A stretch of DNA of 52,366 bases from a virus (Duplodnaviria; Caudoviricetes), in the IMG/VR virus record IMGVR_UViG_3300032326_000835, positions 1 through 52,366 of that record. One strand, written 5' to 3'. The position numbers and the translations under genes are program-made. Numbering within the stretch: position 1 is the stretch's first letter; every line of letters starts with the position of its first letter. The notes under the pieces were generated by a model. It worked only from the letters and a program-made list of their open reading frames with translations. It made no database searches and was not told the DNA's origin. Below are positions 10,081 through 20,229 of this stretch, in pieces.

Positions 10081-11775
10081 ATGAATTCATTTAAGAAAAT
10101 CGCCCTTGGACTCGCTGCAGCAATGTCCCTTGGCGTACTAACAGCACTTCCGACAAGTGCTGCGGTAATCGCACCAACGCTTACAATTGATTCGGCAACG
10201 GATGCAATTACAGCAGGTGAAACGGCTACAGCAGTAGTTACATTGTCATTTATTTCAGAAACAGCAGCAGATACAGCAACAGTACTCTCTGCTATGTTTA
10301 CACAGCCAACAGGCTCATCAAAGTCTGCAACACTTTCGTTGCTTGAGACTACTACTTCAACAGTGGCAATTGCTGCTGGAAATCTTTCAGCAGATGTCAA
10401 CTCAACAGTTGGTACACCAGGATATGTAACTGCAAAGTTTACAGTTTCATTGGTTGCTCCTTCAGTTGCAGGTACATATGAAGCAAGAATCATTACAACT
10501 CGTCCAGCGACAGGTCCATCAGTTGCATGGACAGTAACAGTTAAGGCAGCAGATATTACACCTTCTGCAGCAACAACAACTTCAATCCTTAATCGTGGTG
10601 AAGTTACTACAGCAACAGCAGATGATTCCGTATTTGCTCCAAAGGCTACCTCTACAGATGCAGCAGCAGTAATTGTTGTTACACCTAAGAATGCAGCAGG
10701 TGGATCAGCAACTGAATCAATTCTTGCAACAGTTTCAGGAACAGGTTTGATTGGTTATGGCACAAATGCTACAACTATCTCTGCTCTTGGTCGTGCATTG
10801 GTAATTCCTACAGGAAATCACATTGGTGTATTTGCTGACGGTACAGCAGGAGTTGGAACAATTACTCTTACAACCCTTACAGGTACAGTTATTGCAACAG
10901 AAAAAGTAACATTCTATGGAGACATTGCTTCAATCGTTGCAACTCCAGTTAAGTCTGTTATCGCAACAGGTACAAATGTTTCAACAGTTAAGGCAGTTGC
11001 ATACGATGCATCAGGCGTAACAGTAGGAGCAGGAACACTCAATGCTTTCTCAAGCAACACAGCAATCGTATCTGATTCAGGTACAGCAGCAACTATTGTT
11101 AACGGAGAAGCCCTATTCACACTTACAGGTGTAGCAGCAGGCGGAGTAGCAGTTACAGTTAAGTCTGGAACTATCTCAGCAATTGCAGTACCAGTTCGTG
11201 TAGAGTCTGCACTTGCATCAGTCAAGATCGCATTTGATAAGGCTGAGTATCTTCCAGGAGAAGCAGCAACAATTACTGTAACTCCAGTCGATGCAGCAGG
11301 TCTTCCATTGTCTGCAAAGACACACGCTAACCTCTTTGCTACAGGCGGAATCACTTCTACATACGCATTTGGTTCAGGTTCAGATGTTCTAACTGGAGTT
11401 TCTGTAACAACAGATACATCAACAGTTAAGACATTCAGGGTCTTCATGCCTTTGACTGAAACTGAAGTCAAGATCTCAGCAACAGGTGGCTCATCACTTC
11501 CTATAGCAGGTCAGGTTGTAGTCTCTGCATCAGCAAAGGTTACAAACAAGGCAGCAGATGCTGCTAAGGATGCAGCAAAGGCAGCAGATGAGGCAACAGC
11601 AGCAGCAAAGTCTGCAATTGTTGCAGCAGATGCAGCAGCAGCACAGGCTAAGGCAGCAGTTGATGCAGTCACAGCATTGTCTACACAAGTTGCATCGCTA
11701 ATTGCTTCACTTAGAAAGCAAATCACATCACTAACTGCTTTGGTTCTTAAGATCCAGAAAAAGGTTCGTGCATAA
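10081..11775 (+). CDS. secreted Ala/Thr-rich Ig-like surface protein with C-terminal coiled coil
   Basis: Signal peptide MNSFKKIALGLAAA..SA; beta-rich body; helical tail. Confidence 0.7.
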   Translation: MNSFKKIALGLAAAMSLGVLTALPTSAAVIAPTLTIDSATDAITAGETATAVVTLSFISETAADTATVLSAMFTQPTGSSKSATLSLLETTTSTVAIAAGNLSADVNSTVGTPGYVTAKFTVSLVAPSVAGTYEARIITTRPATGPSVAWTVTVKAADITPSAATTTSILNRGEVTTATADDSVFAPKATSTDAAAVIVVTPKNAAGGSATESILATVSGTGLIGYGTNATTISALGRALVIPTGNHIGVFADGTAGVGTITLTTLTGTVIATEKVTFYGDIASIVATPVKSVIATGTNVSTVKAVAYDASGVTVGAGTLNAFSSNTAIVSDSGTAATIVNGEALFTLTGVAAGGVAVTVKSGTISAIAVPVRVESALASVKIAFDKAEYLPGEAATITVTPVDAAGLPLSAKTHANLFATGGITSTYAFGSGSDVLTGVSVTTDTSTVKTFRVFMPLTETEVKISATGGSSLPIAGQVVVSASAKVTNKAADAAKDAAKAADEATAAAKSAIVAADAAAAQAKAAVDAVTALSTQVASLIASLRKQITSLTALVLKIQKKVRA

Positions 11776-11790
11776 ATAATCCAACAATTA

Positions 11791-11819
11791 GGGGAGTCAG
11801 GAAACTGGCTCCCTTTTTT
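11791..11819 (+). terminator. intrinsic terminator
   Basis: GGGAGTCAG-GAAA-CTGGCTCCC followed by T tract. Confidence 0.85.
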
Positions 11820-11878
11820 GTTTAATAAAATGATATAATAGCCCTATTAGACATTGCTCTAATTAGGGGGAAAGGTTC

Positions 11879-14557
11879 ATTAAAAGATTAATATTACGAT
11901 CAGCATTTATAACAACATTTTTAGCATTGTGCCTACTGTTATTTCCACAGGATACCGCTCATGCTGAAGAGACAAGCACTGTCCAAGTAGCCCCATCAGA
12001 GACATCAACAGTAACCATTTCCGCAGGATCAACAATAACAATTGAAAGCGCAACAGCCACCATTGAGGCAGCACAGACTGCTATAACTCAGGCTGAAACT
12101 GCCACGGCAGCCATAGAGACCCAAGCAACAGCCATTACAGGCCCTACAGAGACTATTACAGCCACTATCACACAGGCTCAGACCTCTATAGTACAGGCTC
12201 AAGCAGTAGTAGATAGTGCTACTGTGGCTATGGCTCAGGTTGATTCCGCTACCGTTTTAGTTTCTGATGCTGAAGAAAATGTTGAAATTGCTCAGATTGC
12301 AGTGGATTCCCAAACAGCAGTAGTTGGAACAAATATAAGTTTAGTAGATTCTTCTACTGCAGTAGTAAATGCAAACACTAGTCCTGGTTTGACAATGACT
12401 GTTTATCATAATCCAGGTACAAATCAGTCTCCAGCAATGGGTGGCAATTTAGTTTATACTGGCACTGATACAAATGGTATTAATGAACAATGGGGTAGTA
12501 GTGGTCCAACAGTCAATGGTGGAACAACAACAATTACTGAAACTTTTAATAATAATAAACTCAACACTTCAATAGGCATTACAGTAAATGGAACACCAGT
12601 TTCAACTACAAACAATAATCAGGTTTACATTGGATCAATTGGATTCCCTGGTCCTGGACAAGACCCCTCCCTAACCCTTAGAGGATCAACTGCTGACACC
12701 CTTATAACTATGCCAGCAAATACAACCTCTGCAAGTTTCCAGGTTTTTGCTAAAAATGGTGATCATAATGCTGTTGTTACATACACTGACGGAACTACAA
12801 GTACTTTTAGTATTCAGCATAATGTTAGTGAAACATATCCTAACTATGTTCATCAAGAAATAATTACTGCACCTTCAGGAAAAACTATTGCAACAATAAA
12901 TATTCCAGCAAACTGGGACTATTATGGTGTTGACAATGTATCTGCAACTACTCAAACAACTACAACTGTTACAGAAGATTTTCAAGTAAGATGGCAAGGA
13001 CTTTGGACACCACAATACACTGGAACACAGTACATAACAGCATCAGCAGATGATGGTACTAGACTATACCTTGATGGAGAACTAGTTATTAATGACTGGT
13101 TTGATAAGGGTGGAGGAGGATCTGCTGCTGATGTTCAGACTACTGCTGGAGTTTCCAAGACTTTAGATTTTTGGTATTATGAAAATGGTGGAGGAGCAGG
13201 AGTAAGTCTACTTAGATATAGTGATAACTTGGGATGGGCAGTAATACCTGGATCAGAGTTTTCAACATCTACTGCAACACCACAACAAATTCAGGCTCTT
13301 AATACAGCACAAACAAATCTTGAGATTGCACAAGCCACACTAGATATTTTAGAATCAGATCTTGAAACAGCAGAAGAAGATCTTATTGAAGCAGAAGAAA
13401 ATCTAGAAGATGCTCAAGATGAATTAAACTCAGCAATTATTGCAGTTACAAATGCTGTAGCGGAAATGGATGCAAGCGTATCACAGGCTCAAAACTTAGT
13501 TGTGGAAACACTTGCTGCAGAAGAGGCAGAGAGAGCCAGAATTGCTGAAGAGGCAAGATTAGCAGAAATTGCAAGACAAGCGGCTTTGGCTGCAGAGGCT
13601 GCAAGACAAGCAGCAATAGCAGAGGCAAATGCAAGAGCAGCAGAAGCAGCAGCAGCCCGTGCACAAGCAGAGGCAGCAGCAGCAGAGGCTGCAGCAGAAA
13701 AAGCAGAGGCAGATAGAATTGCTGCAGAAGAGGCTGCAGCCCAGGCTGAAGCAGAAGCACAAAAAGCAGAGGCAGATAGAATTGCTGCAGAAGAAGAAGC
13801 AGCAAAAGCAGAAGCAGAAGCCAAAGAACAAGCAGAAGCAGAAGCAAAGGCTGAGGCTGAAAGACTAGAAGCAGAAGCGGAAGCAGCACGACAGGCTGAG
13901 GAAAATGCAAAGGCAGAAGCCGAAGCAAAGGAAGCAGAGGCAGAGGCTGCTAGACAAGCAGAAGAAGATGCTAAAGCAGAGGCTGAAGCAAAAGAGGCAG
14001 AACTAGAGGCTGCTAAGGCTGAAGAAGAAAAAGCACAGGCAGAAGAAGAAAAATTAAATGAGATTCTTGAAGAAGCAAAAGATGGTAAAGAATTAACTGA
14101 AGAACAAAAAGAGGTTGTTGTTGAAGCATTAGTAGCAAACTTAAAGGCTGGAGAATCAATCTCTGCAGCAGAAATAAAAGCATCTGGAGTCTCATATTCA
14201 GACCTACCACCAGCAACCCCAGTTGAGATTCGTACTGATGAAAGCGGAAATCCTCTTGTGATTACAGCAGAAGTTGCTGCACAAGTTGAATTAGTCCAAG
14301 ACCCAGGAGCATTATTAGAAGCAGCATTTACAGATCCAGGAGCAGCAATAGCAGCACTTGGAAGTATTGGTGCTGACATGACAGAGGCAGAAAGAGAAGA
14401 GGCAACAGATATGGTTGTCGCAACAGTTGTAGCAGCAGGAGCAGCATTAAATGCTGTTGGAGCAGCAACAGGTGGTTCAGCACCAGCAAGTGGTGGATCA
14501 TCAGGACCTAGTGGTGGAACAAACTCAGGTGGTTCAAGGAGGAATGAAAAATGGTAA
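11879..14557 (+). CDS. secreted PA14-domain protein with long Glu/Ala coiled coil
   Basis: FQVRWQG, ADDGTRLYLDG, YYENGGGA; probable ATT start giving a complete signal peptide. Confidence 0.75.
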   Translation: MKRLILRSAFITTFLALCLLLFPQDTAHAEETSTVQVAPSETSTVTISAGSTITIESATATIEAAQTAITQAETATAAIETQATAITGPTETITATITQAQTSIVQAQAVVDSATVAMAQVDSATVLVSDAEENVEIAQIAVDSQTAVVGTNISLVDSSTAVVNANTSPGLTMTVYHNPGTNQSPAMGGNLVYTGTDTNGINEQWGSSGPTVNGGTTTITETFNNNKLNTSIGITVNGTPVSTTNNNQVYIGSIGFPGPGQDPSLTLRGSTADTLITMPANTTSASFQVFAKNGDHNAVVTYTDGTTSTFSIQHNVSETYPNYVHQEIITAPSGKTIATINIPANWDYYGVDNVSATTQTTTTVTEDFQVRWQGLWTPQYTGTQYITASADDGTRLYLDGELVINDWFDKGGGGSAADVQTTAGVSKTLDFWYYENGGGAGVSLLRYSDNLGWAVIPGSEFSTSTATPQQIQALNTAQTNLEIAQATLDILESDLETAEEDLIEAEENLEDAQDELNSAIIAVTNAVAEMDASVSQAQNLVVETLAAEEAERARIAEEARLAEIARQAALAAEAARQAAIAEANARAAEAAAARAQAEAAAAEAAAEKAEADRIAAEEAAAQAEAEAQKAEADRIAAEEEAAKAEAEAKEQAEAEAKAEAERLEAEAEAARQAEENAKAEAEAKEAEAEAARQAEEDAKAEAEAKEAELEAAKAEEEKAQAEEEKLNEILEEAKDGKELTEEQKEVVVEALVANLKAGESISAAEIKASGVSYSDLPPATPVEIRTDESGNPLVITAEVAAQVELVQDPGALLEAAFTDPGAAIAALGSIGADMTEAEREEATDMVVATVVAAGAALNAVGAATGGSAPASGGSSGPSGGTNSGGSRRNEKW

Positions 14558-14721
14558 AACTAATCAAGGATATTCTTGATCAACAATGGACTCTCCTAGG
14601 CATGTTTATCGCTTGGGTGGTTTTGGACGGTAGTGCAAAAACTGTTGTTGGTTATGGAATTATAGTAACAATGATTACATGGATACTAAGTTATCCAATA
14701 CGAAATAGAGAGGAGGACTAA
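14551..14721 (+). CDS. two-TM membrane protein (not in ORF track)
   Basis: AGGAGG RBS; MVKLIKDILDQQWTLLGMFIAWVV... Confidence 0.65.
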   Translation: MVKLIKDILDQQWTLLGMFIAWVVLDGSAKTVVGYGIIVTMITWILSYPIRNREED

Positions 14722-14723
14722 AA

Positions 14724-15008
14724 ATGGCAACTAAGAAAATAGCAGTGGCTCCTAAAAAGGAGCACCCACAGAAGGCTCTTCCAAATATCTTAATGCGTAT
14801 AGTAGCGGTATTTGCTGCTTCTGGTCTCTCAGTACTTGGTGCTGGAGCAGTGGTAGGAATTGACACCATTCAGGCAGTAATGCTTGCAGGTCTACTAGGC
14901 GTAGCAACAGTCATTGAAAGACTGGCAAGGGCTTTTTTGGACGATGGAAAACTTACAATCGCAGAAATAAATGATGCATTTAAGACTGTAGACAAAAAGG
15001 CTAATTAG
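14724..15008 (+). CDS. membrane protein, holin-like
   Basis: Two hydrophobic helices; GGAGG RBS. Confidence 0.55.
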   Translation: MATKKIAVAPKKEHPQKALPNILMRIVAVFAASGLSVLGAGAVVGIDTIQAVMLAGLLGVATVIERLARAFLDDGKLTIAEINDAFKTVDKKAN

Positions 15009-15024
15009 TCATTGTAAGTTGTAG

Positions 15025-15054
15025 TTGACAGCCCTCTCTGGGCAATGGTATACT
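15025..15054 (+). promoter_or_regulatory. sigmaA-type promoter
   Basis: TTGACA-N18-TATACT. Confidence 0.7.
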
Positions 15055-15085
15055 TAGGTATATCTATCTGGAGAGGGCTTTTGCC

Positions 15086-15610
15086 ATGACTTGTATTGCT
15101 GTAGTAAAACATGAAGATAAAATCTATATGGCTGGAGATCGTGGTGCTTCAGATGATGGAACTATTCTAGCACTTTCTGCACCAAAGGTTTGGAAGATTG
15201 GTCCATATTTAATTGGTTATGCTGGGGCAATGGACGGAGAAAGAATTCGTTATAACTTTAAGCCAACCGCACCTAATATTAAAGACACTGATAAGTTTAT
15301 GCAGACAAAGTTTGTTAAAGAACTTCGTGATTTCTATAATGAATTTTGGGTTGACACATCAAAAGATGGAGACCTTGGTTTGATCATTGCCGTTCGTGGA
15401 GAAATCTATGAGCACAGTTCTGCAGATATGTCTTTATCTAAATACACACTTCCTTATCTTGCTATGGGGTCTGGAGCAGAATATGCTTACGGTGTTTTAT
15501 ATGCAACAGATAAGCAAAAAAATGCAAGGAATAGAGTAATGCAAGCAGTTAATGCTGCTATTAAGTTTAACCCATCTTGCATGGGTCCAGTTGACATTGT
15601 TAGCCTTTAG
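15086..15610 (+). CDS. Ntn-hydrolase (HslV/proteasome beta-like) peptidase
   Basis: MTCIA N-terminal Thr, MAGD, K, AMGSGA. Confidence 0.75.
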   Translation: MTCIAVVKHEDKIYMAGDRGASDDGTILALSAPKVWKIGPYLIGYAGAMDGERIRYNFKPTAPNIKDTDKFMQTKFVKELRDFYNEFWVDTSKDGDLGLIIAVRGEIYEHSSADMSLSKYTLPYLAMGSGAEYAYGVLYATDKQKNARNRVMQAVNAAIKFNPSCMGPVDIVSL

Positions 15611-15625
15611 GAGTATACTTTTAAT

Positions 15626-15829
15626 ATGAATCACTCGCACGAAGATTTATCACCAGAAGAGCAAGAGTTTGGTATCTGGCTTGAAAACGGTATTGAAAGA
15701 GGTTGGGTAACACCACCCTATTGCAACACCCATGATGGCGGATACGAATATATGAGTGAAGAAGAAAGTGAAGAATGGGACCAAGGTGGAGACCCATGTT
15801 GTCATGTCATAAGACTGATGATTTCTTAA
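15626..15829 (+). CDS. hypothetical protein, leaderless
   Basis: TATACT just upstream of ATG; CNTHDG motif. Confidence 0.6.
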   Translation: MNHSHEDLSPEEQEFGIWLENGIERGWVTPPYCNTHDGGYEYMSEEESEEWDQGGDPCCHVIRLMIS

Positions 15830-15844
15830 TAGAAAAGGAATAAA

Positions 15845-16741
15845 ATGAAGAAAGCACTACTAGCACTATTATCAGCAGCACTACTAGTTACAGTAACACA
15901 GCCAGCACAAGCAGAAGATCAAAAAGTCCTTGCGATTATTGATACTGCTATTAACTCAAAAAATTTCTCATCAATCATACACGAAGTTTGTTTTACTAGT
16001 GTAAAGTCAGCAACTCCTTCTCAAAATATGTCATGTTCTAATGGTGAACTATTTATGGAAGGAACTGGGGCAGCATCTGCTCCATGGCCAGCATCTCTCA
16101 ATAATGGAACATACCATGGAGATACAATGGTTAAGGCAGCGCTTGTAAACAATCCAAACATTAAAATTGTTTTTATTAGAGTTTACAATGTTTCTTCTCT
16201 TGGTAATTCGTCAACTCCTTATGATGGGTCAACAATTATCAAGGCTTTGGACTGGATAAATAACAATGCATCAAAGTATAGCATTGATGCTATTTCAGTA
16301 AGTCTGTCTGGAATTAATACTGCGACAAAGTCACTACACATTGGGTGCACAGATCCAGCAATTCTAAATCCATTTCAAAATCAAGTTGCAATGCTAAATT
16401 CAAAAAATGTTCCTACTTTTGTTGCTACTGGTAACGACAGACTAACTACCATTGTTGGTTTCCCAGCATGTGTGCCAGGAGTAATTGGTGTTGGGGCACT
16501 TGGAAATGAGACTCAACTTGAAAAAGCAACAAACTCTGGTCCAGGACTAGACATGGTTGCACGATCAACAGTAAGCATTACAAAGTATAATGGATCACCA
16601 ATAAATACTTCTGGAACTTCTGTAGCATCTGTAGTATCAGCAGCATCATATGTAAATCGTAATACCTTTAAAACTTTTGGAGAGTATTTATCTTCTCTTC
16701 CTAAGATTTTAATTGGCACTGCGTCATATATTCGTAACTAA
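15845..16741 (+). CDS. secreted subtilisin-like (S8) peptidase
   Basis: Signal peptide; IIDTA, HG, ATGND, SGTS. Confidence 0.85.
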   Translation: MKKALLALLSAALLVTVTQPAQAEDQKVLAIIDTAINSKNFSSIIHEVCFTSVKSATPSQNMSCSNGELFMEGTGAASAPWPASLNNGTYHGDTMVKAALVNNPNIKIVFIRVYNVSSLGNSSTPYDGSTIIKALDWINNNASKYSIDAISVSLSGINTATKSLHIGCTDPAILNPFQNQVAMLNSKNVPTFVATGNDRLTTIVGFPACVPGVIGVGALGNETQLEKATNSGPGLDMVARSTVSITKYNGSPINTSGTSVASVVSAASYVNRNTFKTFGEYLSSLPKILIGTASYIRN

Positions 16742-16746
16742 TAACA

Positions 16747-16772
16747 GTCCTGGGTATGACATAAACTGCCCA
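16747..16772 (+). ncRNA. repeated pseudoknot element copy 1
   Basis: GTC-CTGGGTAT-GAC-ATAAAC-TGCCCA. Confidence 0.65.
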
Positions 16773-16775
16773 CAT

Positions 16776-16848
16776 TGCCCTATAACTCAGATGGTAGAGT
16801 GCCGAACTGTTAATTCGGATGTCCCTGGATCGAGGCCAGGTGGGGCAG
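16776..16848 (+). tRNA. tRNA-Asn(GTT)
   Basis: Acceptor TGCCCTA/TGGGGCA; anticodon arm CCGAA-CTGTTAA-TTCGG; atypical T loop. Confidence 0.85.
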
Positions 16849-16899
16849 CAGATAGTGTATAATTGTTATGTCAAAGTAAAACAACAAAGGAGATAGACA

Positions 16900-17565
16900 G
16901 TGTTAAATTCAAATGTGCCCGTATTAAGGCCCAGCAAAGAGCATAAGTTTTTTGAAAGATATCTAGATAATGATTTAGAAGAGTTGTCAAAATTTTTAGA
17001 AAAAAAGTATGCGATGATTGAAAATGCAACCTTGCCTGGTGTAACATCAATGGAAAAAGATAAAGGAATTTTTCTAGAGTCTGGAAGTTTGTCAACAGTT
17101 AAATGGAAAGAATATAATGTGTTTCAGTTTTACCATGCATCTTTACACAAACTGTACAAAGCAATATCTGATACCGTCAAAGAAGCCTGCGAATACTATG
17201 AGGTAGATTTTGACAAGCAGGACTACTATATACAAGGCTGGTTTAACATTAATAGAGCAGAAGTAGGAAAGTTAGATTATCATGATCACGGGGCACCAGG
17301 CGCTCCAAACTTTCATGGCTACTACTGTGTAAATGCAGAGCCATCGATAACTCACTATAAATTATTTAATGATCCTTCACGAATTGTTGACAATGTAAAT
17401 AAAAATAACAGACTAGTGGTTTCAGAAGTTGGCCATCCACATGCTATGGGTGATTGGGACTGGACTGGACCAAGAATTACTATTGCGTATGATGTTCAGC
17501 CTTTAGAGGTATTGATTTCTGCAGGAAATACTATACCAGAGCAGCACTGGTTTCCATTACTATAG
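16900..17565 (+). CDS. putative 2OG-Fe(II) oxygenase / cupin
   Basis: WFNIN, HDH, GYYCV, H...RITIAYD. Confidence 0.65.
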   Translation: MLNSNVPVLRPSKEHKFFERYLDNDLEELSKFLEKKYAMIENATLPGVTSMEKDKGIFLESGSLSTVKWKEYNVFQFYHASLHKLYKAISDTVKEACEYYEVDFDKQDYYIQGWFNINRAEVGKLDYHDHGAPGAPNFHGYYCVNAEPSITHYKLFNDPSRIVDNVNKNNRLVVSEVGHPHAMGDWDWTGPRITIAYDVQPLEVLISAGNTIPEQHWFPLL

Positions 17566-17662
17566 TATGAAAATAATAATAAAAAAAATTAAAGCATACT
17601 TTTTATTGAGGAAGATAAGAAAAAATGGTAATCAAGATAGGTATATATACTAAGGATAAGAT

Positions 17663-19084
17663 GTGATAATTCTTGGAGTTAATGAAACCTCTCACGATGC
17701 TTCCGTGTCTTTGATTGAAAATGGGAAAATATTATTTGCTGGTCATGCAGAAAGATATAGTAAACAAAAAAATGACTGGTACATCAATGATAGTTTAATA
17801 AAAGATGCTTTACAGTATGGCAGACCAGATTGCCTTGCCTACTATGAAAAGCCTTTCCTAAAGGCCTCTAGGCTGCTTCTAAAGGGTGGTGCTGGAGACT
17901 GGAAGCCACGCTTTAATCTTACTGGTGTGCCAAGAAAATCCTTTGGACACCACTATTCTCATGCTGCTGCTGGATACTATACTAGTCCTTTTAATGATGC
18001 AGTAATAGTTGTTTTAGATGCTATTGGTGAATATAATACTTCTACCATCTGGGTTGGAGAAGGTAAAAAGATTAAACTAAAATATAAGCAAAACTATCCA
18101 ATTAGTTTTGGCTTATTTTATTCAGCGTTTACACAACTCATTGGACTTATGCCAAATCAAGAAGAATATATTATGATGGGAATGGCTGCATATGGTGATT
18201 GGAAAAAATACTATAAAAAAGTAGATAACTATTTCCCTAACTATCATACACAAAAATATAACTTTCATAAAGGTATAACTGATTGGGGATGGGTTTCTGA
18301 AGAAGATAAGTTTGATATTGCTGCTGCAGTACAGGCAGTGTATACAACAAGGCTTATGGAATTTATGTTTGAAGCAAAAGCAATTACTGGTAAAAAGAAT
18401 TTAGTATTTATGGGTGGGTGTGCCCTTAACTCATCAGCAAACACATCTTTGTGGAAATTATTTGATATGGTTTGGATAATGCCAAATCCTGGAGATGCTG
18501 GAAGTTCTTTAGGCGCTGCTGCTGCCCTGTATGGAGATCATGTTGAATGGAGTAGCCCATACATCGGATATGATCTTGGTGGAGAATATCCTATTCAAAA
18601 AATTGTTGACGGTATACTTAAAGATGGCATAGTAGCAGTTGCATCTGGTAGAGCAGAATATGGCCCAAGAGCATTGGGTAACAGATCAATTCTTGCAGAC
18701 CCAAGAGACCCATCAATAAAAGATAAGGTAAATAAGATTAAACAAAGAGAACTTTTTAGACCTTTTGCTCCTGTTGTTTTGGCTGACCATGCACATAAGT
18801 GGTTTGATATGGATTTTGAAAGCCCATATATGCAGTATACGGTCAAGTGTTTAAAACCAGAAAAGATACCCTCTGTAGTTCACGAAGATGGCACCTCTAG
18901 GGTTCAGACAGTTACAAGAGAGCAGCACCCAGGACTCTATAGGGTAATAAATAAGTTCTACCTTCAGACTGGAGTTCCAGTTCTTTTAAATACTAGTCTT
19001 AATATAAAAGGGCAGCCTCTTTTAAATGATGAAAACGATATACTTAAATGGGAAAAAGAATATAACTTTACAATATGTAGGTAA
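17663..19084 (+). CDS. carbamoyltransferase (NodU/CmcH/TobZ family)
   Basis: HDAS, HHYSHA, GGCALN, EYGPRALGNRS, RPFAP, LNTSLN. Confidence 0.93.
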   Translation: MIILGVNETSHDASVSLIENGKILFAGHAERYSKQKNDWYINDSLIKDALQYGRPDCLAYYEKPFLKASRLLLKGGAGDWKPRFNLTGVPRKSFGHHYSHAAAGYYTSPFNDAVIVVLDAIGEYNTSTIWVGEGKKIKLKYKQNYPISFGLFYSAFTQLIGLMPNQEEYIMMGMAAYGDWKKYYKKVDNYFPNYHTQKYNFHKGITDWGWVSEEDKFDIAAAVQAVYTTRLMEFMFEAKAITGKKNLVFMGGCALNSSANTSLWKLFDMVWIMPNPGDAGSSLGAAAALYGDHVEWSSPYIGYDLGGEYPIQKIVDGILKDGIVAVASGRAEYGPRALGNRSILADPRDPSIKDKVNKIKQRELFRPFAPVVLADHAHKWFDMDFESPYMQYTVKCLKPEKIPSVVHEDGTSRVQTVTREQHPGLYRVINKFYLQTGVPVLLNTSLNIKGQPLLNDENDILKWEKEYNFTICR

Positions 19085-19120
19085 CCTGGTATAATAGATA
19101 TGTCCTTAAGGAGGAATAAA

Positions 19121-19735
19121 ATGGCAGCAAAAGGTAGTCTAGACGCAATCATTGAGATTGCAAAGAAGGAAGTGGGCACAATAGAAGGCCCTAAAGATAA
19201 CGAAACAAAATACGGAAAGTGGACTGGAATGAATTTCCAACCATGGTGCCAATCCTTTGTTTCTTGGTGTGCATTCACATCTGGACTAGATCCAAAAAAG
19301 TATCCAAAGTCTGCATCAACAGTAGCAGCGTCAGATTGGTTCAAGAAAAATGAGCGCTGGTCAGATGCTCGCAATGATGACCCAACTCCAGGAGACTGGA
19401 TTTATTTTGATTTCCCAGAAGATGGTGTAAATCGTATTTCACATGTTGGTATTTGCATTAAGAATAACGGAGATGGAACCATTCAAGTTATTGAAGGAAA
19501 TACTTCAGGAACTGCAAAGGGAGATCAACGCAACGGCGGAATGTGCGTAGAAAAAACTCGTGCATATGTCAAGAACAACAAGAAGAAGTTAATTAATGGC
19601 ATTGTTGGCTGGGGCCGCCCAGTATATGCTGGAGAAGAAAATGCTCCATTGCTAAATAAAGTTGCATCGCAAGTTGCAGTAGTGCCTGCTGCTAAGGCAG
19701 TAGTTAAGAAACCAGCAGTTAAGAAGGCAAAATAA
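19121..19735 (+). CDS. CHAP-domain endolysin
   Basis: QPWC, SHVGI, IEGN; Ala/Lys-rich tail. Confidence 0.85.
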   Translation: MAAKGSLDAIIEIAKKEVGTIEGPKDNETKYGKWTGMNFQPWCQSFVSWCAFTSGLDPKKYPKSASTVAASDWFKKNERWSDARNDDPTPGDWIYFDFPEDGVNRISHVGICIKNNGDGTIQVIEGNTSGTAKGDQRNGGMCVEKTRAYVKNNKKKLINGIVGWGRPVYAGEENAPLLNKVASQVAVVPAAKAVVKKPAVKKAK

Positions 19736-19936
19736 ATGGAGTCAACAAAAAGAACACTACTCAAAACAGCAAGTTGGGAGACATTCCATCTTGTTGGTGT
19801 TGCTGGAGTAATTTATCTTTTTACTGGTGAATGGGAGTACGCAAGTCTAGGTGCACTTATTTATATTGGTTGGGAAGCCCTTGGGTACTTTCTACATGAA
19901 AGAGTGTGGGCAAAGTTTGGAAAAGGGGTAAAATAA
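19736..19936 (+). CDS. DUF2061-like membrane protein
   Basis: RTLLKTASW...YFLHERVW. Confidence 0.75.
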   Translation: MESTKRTLLKTASWETFHLVGVAGVIYLFTGEWEYASLGALIYIGWEALGYFLHERVWAKFGKGVK

Positions 19937-20043
19937 TGCGTATTAAAATTATTAAATTTGTAGTTAAAGCATTGGGTTATGAGTGGGGCGGAGATCAACT
20001 AAATCTACCTTATTGGACAGTAAAAGCAAAGAAGAAGTAACTC

Positions 20044-20229
20044 ATGGCATTGTACGAATATGATTGCATGCCATGTGCACAAAGATATACCAAGGAAAGA
20101 TCCATTAGAGAAGACGATCCTGGTTACAAGTGTGATAATTGCGATACTTCCTTGGTTCGTGTATATTCTAATGTTGGAGCAGTTTTCAACGGCAGTGGAT
20201 TTTATTCCACAGATAATAGGAAAAAGTGA
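20044..20229 (+). CDS. FmdB-family Zn ribbon protein
   Basis: YEYDCxxC..CxxC..FNGSGFYSTD. Confidence 0.85.
   Translation: MALYEYDCMPCAQRYTKERSIREDDPGYKCDNCDTSLVRVYSNVGAVFNGSGFYSTDNRKK

Noticed and set aside
10914-11726. Antisense ORFs over the secreted protein
   Set aside because: Explained by codon bias of the + strand gene
13446-14379. Long antisense and alternate-frame ORFs
   Set aside because: Shadows of the GCA/GAA-rich coiled-coil gene; low complexity and no RBS
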